Source: Vampirovibrionales bacterium (GTDB lineage Bacteria > Cyanobacteriota > Vampirovibrionia > Vampirovibrionales > Vampirovibrionaceae). Taken from it: DNA of 64,000 nucleotides. Where the stretch lies: positions 20,152 through 84,151 of the forward strand of contig JAYKHP010000023.1 in assembly GCA_035285165.1 (NCBI GenBank). The letters run 5' to 3'. Made by a program: the position numbers and the translations under genes. Positions 27,520-37,439 of the stretch are shown one piece after another. Below the pieces are notes generated by a model. That model was given only the letters and a program-made list of their open reading frames with translations, had not been told where the DNA came from and did not search any database. Each line of letters begins with the position of its first letter. Position 1 is the first letter of the stretch.

Positions 27520-28194
27520 TTAAATACTCTGCTGGTAAGCGCCCAAAGCCAATTCTTTATTGGAAATCGTGTAAGGTTTACTGTCCTGAAAAGCCATCAG
27601 CTTGATGTCGCTGACACTGATGCCTGCCTGATTATCCCAACGGGATTGGGCGTCATATTGATCCAGAAGCTTTTGGCCAAGGGCTTGTATCTGGGAATAC
27701 TCGTTCAATTTCGCCGCTTCATAAGTGTCCCCGCCCCCGGCGCGTCCTTTTTGGGCCTTAATTTTTTCATCCAGATCCCAAATACCCTGCTGGAGTTCAG
27801 AGCGACTGAGGACACCGTCCTGGTTTTTGTCCCAGTCACGCACCAGATCCATTGCCTTTGAAACGGAGGTTTCATCAGCCGTTGTAGACGACTGAATGCC
27901 AAGTGCCGGCAGATTTCCTGCCCCCAGAGCGTTGCGTGCCCCTGAAGAAGAAAGTTTGTCGCTTAGTTTATCCAGAAATTCGGGGCCTTTGTCGAAAGCT
28001 TGGTTGAGAATGTCCGAAGCGATTTTGCCGTAGCGGCTGCCGCCCAGTGAAAGGTTTCCGGATTGCCCCAGAAGCTTTCCGCCTGCTTTCATAGCGGAAT
28101 TTAACACATCCACGGTATTGGACAGGTTCATATGCGCTATTATCTCTTCTCTTCTTTTGGCCCTATTGCCGCCTAAAACACCTGAAACATACAA
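27520..28194 (-). CDS. EF-hand calcium-binding motif protein
   Basis: Canonical 12-residue EF loop DKNQDGVLSRSE within DWDKNQDGVLSRSELQQG. An alternative start is ATG 28131 (MNLSNTV...). Confidence 0.6.
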   Translation of the reverse strand: MYVSGVLGGNRAKRREEIIAHMNLSNTVDVLNSAMKAGGKLLGQSGNLSLGGSRYGKIASDILNQAFDKGPEFLDKLSDKLSSSGARNALGAGNLPALGIQSSTTADETSVSKAMDLVRDWDKNQDGVLSRSELQQGIWDLDEKIKAQKGRAGGGDTYEAAKLNEYSQIQALGQKLLDQYDAQSRWDNQAGISVSDIKLMAFQDSKPYTISNKELALGAYQQSI

Positions 28195-28501
28195 TGAGGA
28201 TTATTCAGGGAAAATACTGTATACCCGACCCGAGCGGCACCCTTCGATTGGATAGGCCTGCTAAGTATGTGGAGTCTCTCTCTGTTGGCCGCCGGAACAC
28301 CAATCCTGGAGGCCGTGCCAGGCATGGCCCGCACTGATTTCACTATAGCCGGACTGGTGTATTACTTGCCTCCTGTGTCTGGACGAGTTTTTAAGCCAGG
28401 GGGAGAAAATTTTCGATGCTAAGTATTACTGAGTGGGGCTTTCGGAGGCTTGTGTCATTTCTGCACTTGTCCGGAAACAAGCGGGGAACAATTTTTCGGC
28501 A

Positions 28502-30400
28502 TTAAAATATAGGGAAAGCTTCAAAGAGCCTTGCCAGGAAGGCGCCAGTGCCAAAGGCCAAAACCCAGGAACCCACAATCGTCACCGTCGATTCAAGCGG
28601 GCCGCGCTCCTTCCAGATGACCGTGGCTGAGGCAAGACATGGCACGAAAAGCGTAATCACCACCAAAGCGGTCAGCACCTGGATATGCGAGAGCGTATCG
28701 CCCATCATCAAAAGCCCCGCAGCCCCAAAATCCCGCCTGACCATTCCCATAATAAACACCTGTGCCGCTTCGCCCGGCAAATGCAACAGTGCTGTCGTGA
28801 CGGGCGAGAGCCAGTTCTGAATGGCAAGCAGCAGTCCTGTGGTTTGAAGCACCGCAACAATTAAAGAGCCAAGCATAAACAACGGGGCGGCTTCAATCAG
28901 GAAGACCTTGGTACGAATCCAGGATTTTTTGGCGATATTGCCCAGCGAGGGCATCCGCATGGGTGGTAAATCCATTACCAGGCTGGTGGAACGTCCCGGT
29001 AAAACCCGGTTCAAAACCGATCCAAGGCCGCTCATCATGATGACCAGAATTAAAAGATAGACACCCCAGCCCACAAGCCCGCCCGCTTTGGCCATCAGCG
29101 CGCTGATAACCGCCAGTTGAGCCGAGCATGGAATGGTAATGGCAAGCAGGGCCGATGCGATGGTGCGCTCGCGCTGCGAGGTGAGCACCCTTGTACTCAC
29201 CGTTGCCATCGTCACACAGCCAAAGCCCAGGATGATAGGAATAACCGCACGGCCATTCAATCCCAGCTTTCCCAGAAGGCCATCGGTTAGAACCGCCACT
29301 CTGGGCAAATAACCGCAATCCTCAAGCAGCGAGATGTAAATGTAAAAGCCCAGTACCAGGGGGAAGAGCACCCCAAAAATATACTGGATACTCATGGTTA
29401 AAACGCCAAATTCGCCCGCAAGCAGATTATAAAAAGCCGTTCCTACCGGAAATAAAGGCGAAACCATGGACTGAATCACGGGAATCACGTGTGCTAGAAG
29501 AATATCCCCTTCAATCAGGTTGACCAAATCCCCGGCAACCCACACGCCCACGACTTGATATAACACCAAAAGGACACAGGCCATCGCCAGAAGCCCGACT
29601 AGGGGATTCAGCAGCCACGCGCCGAGGCTTTGTCCGAAACGCTTGGCAAAATTTTCAGGATGGCTTTCATCCGTTACCACCTGGCTGGTGATGGCGTTGA
29701 CGTGGTAACGCCTGTGCCCATATATTTTCATCCGTTCGCCGGGATTTTTTTCAAGCTCCCGCAGGGCTTCAGGTTCGGGAGAGTCTGGCGTTCGATGCCC
29801 CAGGGAGGCCTTGGGTAACGCCTGGATAACCTCCTTAAGACCTTCGCGGGTTAAGGCGACGGTGGGAACCACCTTGACGCCAAGAAGCGTTTCAAGGGTT
29901 TCAATGCGGATACTCAGGTGTCTGGCCTTGGCTTCATCCATCTGGTTTAAGGCAATCACCAGAGGCCTGCCATAATCGATTAACTGCTGGGTCAGAAAGA
30001 GATCTCGCGAAAGGCTGAGCGCGCTGACCACGTTGATAATGACATCGGCCCCGAAAATGCTCTCCTCGGCAACGGTTTCCTCTTCGCTCATGCCGGAAAG
30101 CCCGTAAATACCAGGGGTGTCTTTCAACAGGCTGCCGTCTGCCATCTGGCCTTTCGGGATATCGACGGTGGTGCCCGGAAAGTTGGAGACGTTAACGTAT
30201 TTGCCGGTATACGCGTTGAAGAAAATCGACTTGCCAACATTGGGATTTCCCGCCAGAACCACGACTTTCTGATGCTGTTTCGTAACAGGCTCCTCGCCAG
30301 CCAGTCTGAGTGTCGAATCAGGCGATGTGACAATATTCGCCTCAGCGTGCGTGCTTTGGGTCAGAGGGCCTGGGGCCGGATTGCTTGGGGAATGCTGCAT
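28502..30400 (-). CDS. feoB: ferrous iron transporter FeoB
   Basis: N-terminal G-domain VVLAGNPNVGKSIFFNAYTG...NFPGTTVD, followed by a large polytopic membrane domain. Confidence 0.95.
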   Translation of the reverse strand: MQHSPSNPAPGPLTQSTHAEANIVTSPDSTLRLAGEEPVTKQHQKVVVLAGNPNVGKSIFFNAYTGKYVNVSNFPGTTVDIPKGQMADGSLLKDTPGIYGLSGMSEEETVAEESIFGADVIINVVSALSLSRDLFLTQQLIDYGRPLVIALNQMDEAKARHLSIRIETLETLLGVKVVPTVALTREGLKEVIQALPKASLGHRTPDSPEPEALRELEKNPGERMKIYGHRRYHVNAITSQVVTDESHPENFAKRFGQSLGAWLLNPLVGLLAMACVLLVLYQVVGVWVAGDLVNLIEGDILLAHVIPVIQSMVSPLFPVGTAFYNLLAGEFGVLTMSIQYIFGVLFPLVLGFYIYISLLEDCGYLPRVAVLTDGLLGKLGLNGRAVIPIILGFGCVTMATVSTRVLTSQRERTIASALLAITIPCSAQLAVISALMAKAGGLVGWGVYLLILVIMMSGLGSVLNRVLPGRSTSLVMDLPPMRMPSLGNIAKKSWIRTKVFLIEAAPLFMLGSLIVAVLQTTGLLLAIQNWLSPVTTALLHLPGEAAQVFIMGMVRRDFGAAGLLMMGDTLSHIQVLTALVVITLFVPCLASATVIWKERGPLESTVTIVGSWVLAFGTGAFLARLFEAFPIF

Positions 30401-30481
30401 AAAAAACCGTTTTTTCTGAGAAGTGGAAAGGGGGTGGAAATCAAGCGGGGATTCAGGATAACGGGCTCGCGAAAGGTAAGT

Positions 30482-30709
30482 TCACGAAACTAAGCTCACA
30501 TGAATGCTCTGGCAAAGTTCCCGTCCCAGGGCCACATCCACGCGGCCACGACGAATAACCATCGGGCCAGCGGGCACTTTACTGGAGACAATCACCATTT
30601 CACCTTCTGCAATGCCTAGCCGGATGGCCATCATGGCCATCGTTTCATCCTCGATGCGTTCAATGCGAACCATTTTACCGACGGGAGCCTGTATTAGCGT
30701 CATACTCAA
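30482..30709 (-). CDS. feoA: FeoA family protein
   Basis: 75 aa of SH3-like FeoA pattern (GKMVRIERIEDE...LGIAEGEMVIV), immediately upstream of feoB. Confidence 0.85.
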   Translation of the reverse strand: MSMTLIQAPVGKMVRIERIEDETMAMMAIRLGIAEGEMVIVSSKVPAGPMVIRRGRVDVALGRELCQSIHVSLVS

Positions 30710-30805
30710 GCGGGAATATCCTCAAGAACAGCCTAAAAGCCGTGAAGCTGAAGCGAGTACTTCTGAAGCATGAAAAACAATTCCTAACGGTCATTTGTGC
30801 TTACC

Positions 30806-30823
30806 TGAGAATTATTATCATCA
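30806..30823. promoter_or_regulatory. candidate Fur box upstream of feoAB
   Basis: TGAGAATTATTATCATCA (reverse complement TGATGATAATAATTCTCA) resembles the GATAATGATAATCATTATC consensus. It lies ~100 bp upstream of the feoA start. Confidence 0.4.
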
Positions 30824-30871
30824 CGGCTATCTTCTGTTAAACGTGGGTCAAATGCAATTCAGGCATAACAT

Positions 30872-30911
30872 AAAAAGAAAAACCAAAGAGCGCCGGTAAA
30901 AGGCGCTCTTT
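30872..30911 (-). terminator. rho-independent terminator after the subtilase-like gene
   Basis: Stem AAGAGCGCC (30886-30894) pairs with GGCGCTCTT (30902-30910). On the minus strand it is followed by a T-rich tail (plus-strand A-run 30872-30882). Confidence 0.65.
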
Positions 30912-30938
30912 ATAATACGAACCGTTATTAATGTTAGA

Positions 30939-32501
30939 CTAGGCGACCAGTTGCTGGGCTTGAGCTAGGGCGCCATCTGCGTTCAGCACAGGCATACCGC
31001 CCAGGGCATACTGAGAAGTGCTAATCAGGATGGACTTCACCTGCTCAAAGGTCAGATTGGGGTTGGCGGCTAACATCTGCTGAACGGTGACCGATACCTG
31101 GGGTGTGGAGAACGAGGTTCCATTTTGTCCCTGAATGTCCACAGCGTCGGCGCTTAGAATAGGCCTGAAGGCGTCTGAGCCCAGCGAGCCGAAGTCGGTC
31201 AGGGTGTCGTCGTTGATGTTGTTGGGGGTGTTACGGTCGTCAATGGCGCCCACGGAAATGACGTTCTCGCTGAGGGCCAGGTTGCTGAGCGCCCAGGTGG
31301 GGTCAATATTCAAGCCTTGAGCGGTTAAACCATCCAGTAACAATTGGTCATTGCCGCCCGCCACCATAATCATGATGCCGCGGTTGGCTGCTTCGGCAGT
31401 CACTTGCTGGTATCGCTGGAGTTCGGCGTTAATTGTCGGGCTGGTGCCAAGCTGTGTGGTGACAAAATTCACCAGGGCCTGATTCGCTTCGGGACTATTG
31501 AGATCGGCGTCTGCCGAAATACCAATGGCGTCTCTTAAGGCAGGGTTTGCGTTAACCGCATCCCGCGCCAGACCCATCGTGGTCATGGCGGTTCTGCCAA
31601 AGGACATGTTTACGACGCGGATACTGGGATCGTTTGAAGCCAGAAGGCCTTCAAGCTTATCGGAGGCCATTGCCAGGGTCTGGCCGTAATCCGAGTCAAT
31701 CAGTTGCTGAAACTCCGCCAGGTTCTGTGGTACGTTGACTTCGCTCGGTAATACCTGCGTGTTTACCGTTACATCGCCGCCAAGGCCTGCATCTTCAAAG
31801 ACGCCAAGGACTTGTCCGTTATGATCCGGCTTGAGGGGCTCGATCATCATGATGTTGATATCGGCAGGCGTAGGGGTTGGGGTGGGTGTGGGAACCGGCG
31901 TAGGGGCTGGAACTGGTATTGGCGCTGGTACCGGTGTTGGTGAGGGAATGGGGGTTGGTACCGGTACGGGGGCGGGAACCGGTGTAGGTATAGGTGCGGG
32001 GGTCGGGCTTGCGCCCCCATAAATACCGCCAGAGGGAGGATTCGTCACATCACCCGCGCTAGAGTCGGTGTTGCCTGGGGAAACCGGATAAACCGGGGCC
32101 GGAGGGGTTGGCGGGGTATAAGTCGGTATTGAACCGTCGAGGGCACCGCCAGAAGCGGGCAGGTTATTCACGGGAGGTTGAAAACCACCACTGCCGCTCA
32201 TTAAGACCTGCATCATCATCATGAACATCTGCATCATTTGCATCATCATGCCCATCAGCGCTTGTCTTGGGTCGGTGGCGCCAACGCCAGAGGTCATCGC
32301 TTGTTGCGAAAACGGAAGGGTGTTGATGCTTGATGCGGTATTGACTGGACTAGATAGCAGGCTGCTGCTGCCAAAGGGGGAAAGCGGTGTCCCGATAGCC
32401 TGTGTGCTTATAGGAGTGGCAGTAGCCTGTCCAAAGGAAGATGCGCCAAAAACGCCGGTGGGCTGGATCAAGCTTTGCGATTGTTGAAACGGCAAAACCA
32501 T
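30939..32501 (-). CDS. subtilase-fold (S8-like) protein with poly-Met tract and Pro/Thr/Val linker
   Basis: C-terminal domain has [17 protein letters not shown] and GTSFSTPQV (the Ser motif GTSxxxP). N-terminal region has [19 protein letters not shown] (32199-32255). The linker is [47 protein letters not shown]. Confidence 0.7.
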   Translation of the reverse strand: MVLPFQQSQSLIQPTGVFGASSFGQATATPISTQAIGTPLSPFGSSSLLSSPVNTASSINTLPFSQQAMTSGVGATDPRQALMGMMMQMMQMFMMMMQVLMSGSGGFQPPVNNLPASGGALDGSIPTYTPPTPPAPVYPVSPGNTDSSAGDVTNPPSGGIYGGASPTPAPIPTPVPAPVPVPTPIPSPTPVPAPIPVPAPTPVPTPTPTPTPADINIMMIEPLKPDHNGQVLGVFEDAGLGGDVTVNTQVLPSEVNVPQNLAEFQQLIDSDYGQTLAMASDKLEGLLASNDPSIRVVNMSFGRTAMTTMGLARDAVNANPALRDAIGISADADLNSPEANQALVNFVTTQLGTSPTINAELQRYQQVTAEAANRGIMIMVAGGNDQLLLDGLTAQGLNIDPTWALSNLALSENVISVGAIDDRNTPNNINDDTLTDFGSLGSDAFRPILSADAVDIQGQNGTSFSTPQVSVTVQQMLAANPNLTFEQVKSILISTSQYALGGMPVLNADGALAQAQQLVA

Positions 32502-32707
32502 AACACTCTATCTCTCAATTTTCAGGGGTTCAGTTAACGCCCGTTATGCCTAAAGAAAGCCAAGTTCTTCAACACGTGCCGGGAAAATCAAAAAAGGAAA
32601 AGGATATGAGGAAGGTATATACGAATTATAATTAAATAAAAACAAGCAAATCGATCAAATTGCCCCTTTCTGCGTTCCAGTTTCTGTAACAGCGCAACGC
32701 GCCTTTT

Positions 32708-35464
32708 TTAAGAAAGGCTGGAGAGCTGTTCGTTTAAGGCCTTCAATTGCTGGTTGACCTCTTGCAGGCGGGCCTTGTTCTTATCAATGACCTCTGGTGG
32801 CGCTTTTTCCAGGAAGTCAAAATTGCTGAGCATTTTATAGATTTGATCCTGTTCCTTCTGAAGCGAAGCCTGCTTCTTGCTCAGGCGGTCTTTCTCCTGG
32901 CCCACATCGATAATGCCTTCGAGGGGTATCATGACCCGGCTATGGCGAACCACGTTGACCGCAGCGGCCTCCTGATGCCCCTGCCCGCTCAGCGTTGCTT
33001 TCACTTCCAGCTTATCCACCCGCACAAAGTGCTGGATAATGGGCAGCGCTTTTTGAAGCGCCTCGTATTCCAGGGGTTCCGGGGCTTCAATCGTCACGTT
33101 GACTCCCTGGGGATGGGGAACATTATATTGCTGGCGGATGTTGCGAATGGCACGAACGGTTTCAAGCACAAAATCCACCTGGGAATTCAACCGCTCGTCA
33201 ATCGATCCGAGTTCCGCCGTTGGAAAGCGGTCAACCATAATCGACACGGCCGCCTTATGAGGCAGCTTTTGATAGATGGCTTCCGTAATATACGGCATCA
33301 TCGGATGGAGCATCCTGAGAATTCCATTCAGTACTGAAAGCAGCACGCGTTTAGTGTTAAGGGCGATATCCCCGCCTTCTTTCAACTGTTTCTTGGCGTA
33401 TTCCACATACCAGTCGCAAAAGCCGCTCCAGACAAACTCATAAAGCGTATCGGCATACTCGCCAAAGCGGTATTCCTGAAGCTGCGTGTTGACCTTGTCC
33501 ACCGTCTGGTGATAACGGCTGAGAATCCAGCGATCCATATCCGAAAGCATCGCCAAGTCGATGGGCTGGGCGTCAACGGCAGGAGAATCAACCGCCTCGT
33601 TGTTCTCTAAGTTCATCAACACAAAGCGGGACGCGTTCCAAAGCTTGTTGCTGAACACCCGGCCAAGCTCAAGCTTGTCCTTGGCCAGCTTGATATCCTG
33701 TCCGCCGTATGTAATCAGGCTGGTCAGGGCGTAGCGAAAACCATCGCAGCCAATCTCGTCAATCAGCTTGACGGGATCAACCACATTGCCCTTCGACTTG
33801 CTCATCTTCTGGCCTTTTTCATCGCGAATCAGGCCGTGGATATAGACGGTGTGAAAGGGCGATTTGCCGGTCAACTGCTGACCGAACATCGTCATGCGGG
33901 CTACCCAGAAAAAGATAATGTCAAAGCCCGTCACCAGGACATCGGTCGGGTAAAAATCCCTGAAATCGGGCGCTTTTTTATCCGGCCAGCCCATCGTGCT
34001 GAAGGGCCAGAGGCCAGAAGAGAACCAAGTGTCGAGAACATCCGGGTCTTGCGTAAGATTGCCGGATTGACACAAGGGACAACTGCTCGGGTCGGCATCT
34101 TCCGCCTTTTCCGGCACGACCACCCCCTGGCAGTCCGCGCAATGCCAGGCGGGAATCTGGTGCCCCCACCAAAGCTGTCTGGAAATACACCAGTCCTGAA
34201 TATCGCTCAGCCAGCGCACGTAATCTTTTTCCCAGCGTTCGGGGATGAAGCGGATTTTCTCTTCATCAAGCGCCTTCAGGCACTGGGCGGCTAACGGTTT
34301 GGTTTTGACGAACCACTGCTTGGATAATAGCGGTTCAATGACGGTCTGGCAGCGCTGGCAATGGCCAACCCGATGGGAATGCTCGATTTTCCGAACCAGA
34401 AAACCGCCTTCCTCCAGCATTTTTTCCGTCAGCTTGCGCGCCTCGAAACGCTCAAGCCCTTGCAAGGCTTCAGGAATAATCGATTCCGTCTTGAGTTTGC
34501 CAGATTCATCCAGAACCCAAAGCGGCGTTAACCCGTGTTTCTGGCCAATTTTAAAGTCGTTTGGATCGTGTGCGGGCGTGATTTTCAGGGCGCCGGTGCC
34601 GAAGGCCGTATCGACATACTCGTCGGCAATCACCGGTATCAGCCGGTTGGCAAGGGGCAACGTAACGGTTTTACCGATCAGCTTTTTATAGCGCGGGTCA
34701 TTGGGGTTAACGGCCACCGCCACATCACCGAACATCGTTTCAGGCCTTGTGGTGGCAACCACCAGGGCGGCGCTGTCATCCGGCAGCGGGTAGGAGATTT
34801 CCCAAAGGTAGCTGTCTTCATCGACGTACTCGGTTTCGATATCCGAAATGGCCGAGGTGCATCGCGGGCACCAATTTACTACATACGTGCCCTGGTAAAT
34901 CAGGTTCTGGTGATACAGGGTGATAAACGCCTGGCGAACCGCCTTGCTCAGCCCTTCATCCAGCGTGAAACGCTGCCTGTCCCAGTCGGGGGAAACCCCT
35001 AAACGCTTAAACTGGTTGAGGATATCGCTTTTTCGATCATCCACCCATTCCCACATGATTTTGAGGAAAGCTTCCCTGCCCAGTTCCTCTTTGCTCTTGC
35101 CTTCTTTTTTAAGATTTTTTTCCACCACGTTCTGTGTTGCGATGCCCGCATGATCAGTGCCAGCCATCCACAGGGTCTTGTCCCCCAACATGCGGTGCCA
35201 GCGAATGAGAATATCCTGAATCGTGTTATCCAGCGCATGGCCCATGTGCAAAACACCCGTCACGTTTGGCGGGGGGATAACCATGCTGAAGTTTTTACCC
35301 GAATCGTTGCGGCCGGATTCAGGCTTGAAGTGCCGATGGGCTTCCCAAAAACGGTACACGTCGCTTTCAATGGTTTGGGGCTCATAGCTTTTGGATAGGG
35401 TGTCGGCAGCCTGTTTTGTTTGCGGCTGTTGGGAATCTGTTAAGTGAAGACTGGCATCTGCCAT
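32708..35464 (-). CDS. valS: valine--tRNA ligase
   Basis: 918 aa. PPPNVTGVLHMGHAL (HIGH), KMSKSKGN (KMSKS), and a C-terminal coiled coil. Confidence 0.97.
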   Translation of the reverse strand: MADASLHLTDSQQPQTKQAADTLSKSYEPQTIESDVYRFWEAHRHFKPESGRNDSGKNFSMVIPPPNVTGVLHMGHALDNTIQDILIRWHRMLGDKTLWMAGTDHAGIATQNVVEKNLKKEGKSKEELGREAFLKIMWEWVDDRKSDILNQFKRLGVSPDWDRQRFTLDEGLSKAVRQAFITLYHQNLIYQGTYVVNWCPRCTSAISDIETEYVDEDSYLWEISYPLPDDSAALVVATTRPETMFGDVAVAVNPNDPRYKKLIGKTVTLPLANRLIPVIADEYVDTAFGTGALKITPAHDPNDFKIGQKHGLTPLWVLDESGKLKTESIIPEALQGLERFEARKLTEKMLEEGGFLVRKIEHSHRVGHCQRCQTVIEPLLSKQWFVKTKPLAAQCLKALDEEKIRFIPERWEKDYVRWLSDIQDWCISRQLWWGHQIPAWHCADCQGVVVPEKAEDADPSSCPLCQSGNLTQDPDVLDTWFSSGLWPFSTMGWPDKKAPDFRDFYPTDVLVTGFDIIFFWVARMTMFGQQLTGKSPFHTVYIHGLIRDEKGQKMSKSKGNVVDPVKLIDEIGCDGFRYALTSLITYGGQDIKLAKDKLELGRVFSNKLWNASRFVLMNLENNEAVDSPAVDAQPIDLAMLSDMDRWILSRYHQTVDKVNTQLQEYRFGEYADTLYEFVWSGFCDWYVEYAKKQLKEGGDIALNTKRVLLSVLNGILRMLHPMMPYITEAIYQKLPHKAAVSIMVDRFPTAELGSIDERLNSQVDFVLETVRAIRNIRQQYNVPHPQGVNVTIEAPEPLEYEALQKALPIIQHFVRVDKLEVKATLSGQGHQEAAAVNVVRHSRVMIPLEGIIDVGQEKDRLSKKQASLQKEQDQIYKMLSNFDFLEKAPPEVIDKNKARLQEVNQQLKALNEQLSSLS

Positions 35465-35997
35465 AGGATAAAAACCTTTTTCTCTGTTAACGCTTGGTGA
35501 TGAGTAGTTGCGAATTCAGCATAAGGAAGATATTGGACATTCAAGCTGAATGTCATAAAAAATTAATGTTGCCAGGATTTTAAAAGCTGAGACAAGAAAA
35601 CCATTGATGCCGATTCGGGCCCGTGAAAATCACGCGGATATCATGCAGGGCTTTGCTGCTCTGGCTGAAACAGCCAGACTGTGCCTGAAGCGGAGCCATT
35701 ATATCGTAAATGTCTTTGAAAGAAGACCCCTTGCCGTGTATAATCTGGATATGCATGGCTAGGTGTTTGCCGAGGGCGACTTTACCGAGAACTTTCTTGA
35801 ATAAGCGCTTTTACGGCTGCCTGTCGTCACCCTGGCTTCCATTTTTGGGTTTCGGCGTTCGCTAAATGCGCCAGGCTGGGCTATCGCCACTTATAGAAAC
35901 CAGGCGAAGTCAGTCCTGTTACCTGCCCCCTTAACCCGGCGTGCATTGCGCCTTAAATCCGCAAAAAGTTTTATAATAGATAGAGTAAACCAGTGAG

Positions 35998-36579
35998 ATG
36001 ATTAAGATGCCCCCAAGGGATTTTGATGATGAGTTTTCCCAAGCCAGCGAGCGCTCGCCCGGCGTGTATACCCGTTCGGAAGGCCGCTCTCCCAGTGAGC
36101 TGGACATGTTATGGTCAGGCTCAAAAGTCCACAAGGAAGACCGTTCGCCATTCGTCTTCTTTATCGCGGGCTTTGTGATTGCGGCTATTCTGACTTCGGC
36201 TGTTTTTCTGGTGTTAAACAACAAGCCTGCCGAAGGCGACAGTCCGGTGGCCGAGCAATCCGAGTTTCTGCAATCGCCTGTCGATGATCCTCTTGCGGTT
36301 ACGCCTTCGAATGGCCAGCAGGCCTCTTCAAAAGCCAATACCCCAGATGAACATACAACGGGGGCAACCGGTTCAACGTCTGCAAAAGCAAAAAGCACCC
36401 GTTCTATCCCGTTTAAGACCTATGTCGTGAAGAATGGGGATAGCCTCAGCGGTATTGCCATTAAGGTCTATGGTTCAAGCTCACCTGCTTATGTGGATAA
36501 AATCCAGCGGGCCAATAATCTTTCAAGTCCTGACAAGCTTCAGTTGGATCAAAAGCTGGTCATTCCGCCTGTTAATTAA
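35998..36579 (+). CDS. LysM domain protein with N-terminal membrane anchor
   Basis: C-terminal LysM: YVVKNGDSLSGIAIKVYGSSSPAYVDKIQRANNLSSPDKLQLDQKLVIP. One TM helix (FVFFIAGFVIAAILTSAVFLVL). Confidence 0.8.
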   Translation: MIKMPPRDFDDEFSQASERSPGVYTRSEGRSPSELDMLWSGSKVHKEDRSPFVFFIAGFVIAAILTSAVFLVLNNKPAEGDSPVAEQSEFLQSPVDDPLAVTPSNGQQASSKANTPDEHTTGATGSTSAKAKSTRSIPFKTYVVKNGDSLSGIAIKVYGSSSPAYVDKIQRANNLSSPDKLQLDQKLVIPPVN

Positions 36580-37340
36580 GCGATATGCAACGCGTCTGAA
36601 CGGCTGATTTGATTCAGGCGTCTGTCGTCATCCTGTAATGGCTTACCGTCCTTAAGGCCCAGGATACGCCTGATGGCGTTGTAAAGACGAGAGAAAAGCT
36701 TCTTGATGCGGTGGAAAAATCGCTGGTCGATTGCGTCAAAAGTGCTTTTGATAATCGGCTGATTTTCCCAGTTGGGATAATCAAAATGCCACCATTCGCA
36801 GGGATGGACGCTAAAGCCTTCTTTTCCCATCACGGCTATCAGCTTGTCTCGGTTTTTTCGCTGCTCAGCGGTTCCACCGCTATAATCGGGTGACGCCTTG
36901 TCGGTAAAATCATCATAAGCGCTTGGCATCAGCAAGGGCTTGCCGGTGGTTAAATCATACAGCGTCAAATCAACCGAATAGCCCCGGCAGTGTCGACCGC
37001 CGATGGCGGGATTGGTGAGAAATTTCTTCAGATGATCGGGCGTTTCATCCCAGAAGGTCTGAACGACGGCGGGAGGACGGTAGCCATCAAAGAGGATAAT
37101 GCCCAACCCTTCTTTTTTAAGCGTGCGTGCGATACGCCGAAGGGCTTTTGCAGGGGACTTGGCAAGAAAAACGCGTGGTTTTTCATAAACGGCGCGACCC
37201 AGAAAATTATCATCCGTGGCATAGCGCACGTCGAGTCGAATAGTGGGGGCAAAGAGGGTCGCATCCACCAATTGTTTGGGGTTATTGGTTTTGGTCATTA
37301 CAGGAGTGGACGCCTGTAAGCGCTGTGCAAACGTGATCAT
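36576..37340 (-). CDS. D-alanyl-D-alanine dipeptidase (VanX/DdpX, peptidase M15D)
   Basis: DVRYATDDNFLG, FDGYRP, GGRHCRGYSVDLTL and HPCEWWHFDY are in the canonical order. Confidence 0.85.
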   Translation of the reverse strand: MITFAQRLQASTPVMTKTNNPKQLVDATLFAPTIRLDVRYATDDNFLGRAVYEKPRVFLAKSPAKALRRIARTLKKEGLGIILFDGYRPPAVVQTFWDETPDHLKKFLTNPAIGGRHCRGYSVDLTLYDLTTGKPLLMPSAYDDFTDKASPDYSGGTAEQRKNRDKLIAVMGKEGFSVHPCEWWHFDYPNWENQPIIKSTFDAIDQRFFHRIKKLFSRLYNAIRRILGLKDGKPLQDDDRRLNQISRSDALHIA

Positions 37341-37439
37341 GCCAAGACCATTTGACTCAATATGTAGTGAGGGAAAATAAACTGAAAACCCACGATAACT
37401 AAAGGGGAAATATCTTAAAACGGAAGCGTCGCTCGATTT

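Noticed and set aside
28195-28501. 300-bp GC-normal intergenic region between feoB and the EF-hand gene with several hairpins (for example GGCCGTGCC-AGG-CATGGCC). I checked by eye for riboswitch, SRP RNA, tmRNA and RNase P signatures.
   Set aside because: No conserved core motif of those RNA families was found (B12 box, TPP CTGAGA, GAGGAAAGTCC and others). It probably holds only the feoB terminator and the EF-hand gene promoter.
31860-32020. Repetitive GGTGT/GGTAC/GGGGT-type DNA that looks like a short tandem repeat array.
   Set aside because: It encodes the Pro/Thr/Val/Ala linker of the subtilase-like protein on the minus strand. It has no spacer-repeat organisation, so it is neither a CRISPR array nor a non-coding satellite.
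32208-32258. Plus-strand reading CAT CAT CAT CAT GAA CAT CTG CAT CAT TTG CAT CAT CAT GCC CAT, giving the His-rich peptide [15 protein letters not shown].
   Set aside because: It is simply the antisense mirror (ATG/CAT) of the poly-Met tract in the 520-aa minus-strand gene. The plus-strand frame has a stop immediately upstream (TAA 32202-32204) and no start codon.
35580-35756. 58-aa minus-strand ORF in the valS-LysM intergenic region containing IIHGKG, reminiscent of the Smr-domain HGxG motif. Upstream out-of-frame fragments (AAVKALIQES) could be a decayed N-terminal part.
   Set aside because: Only one short motif matches. The sequence after HGKG does not follow the Smr pattern, and there is no DLHG motif. 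At best it is a heavily degraded remnant, and I cannot support it as a feature.
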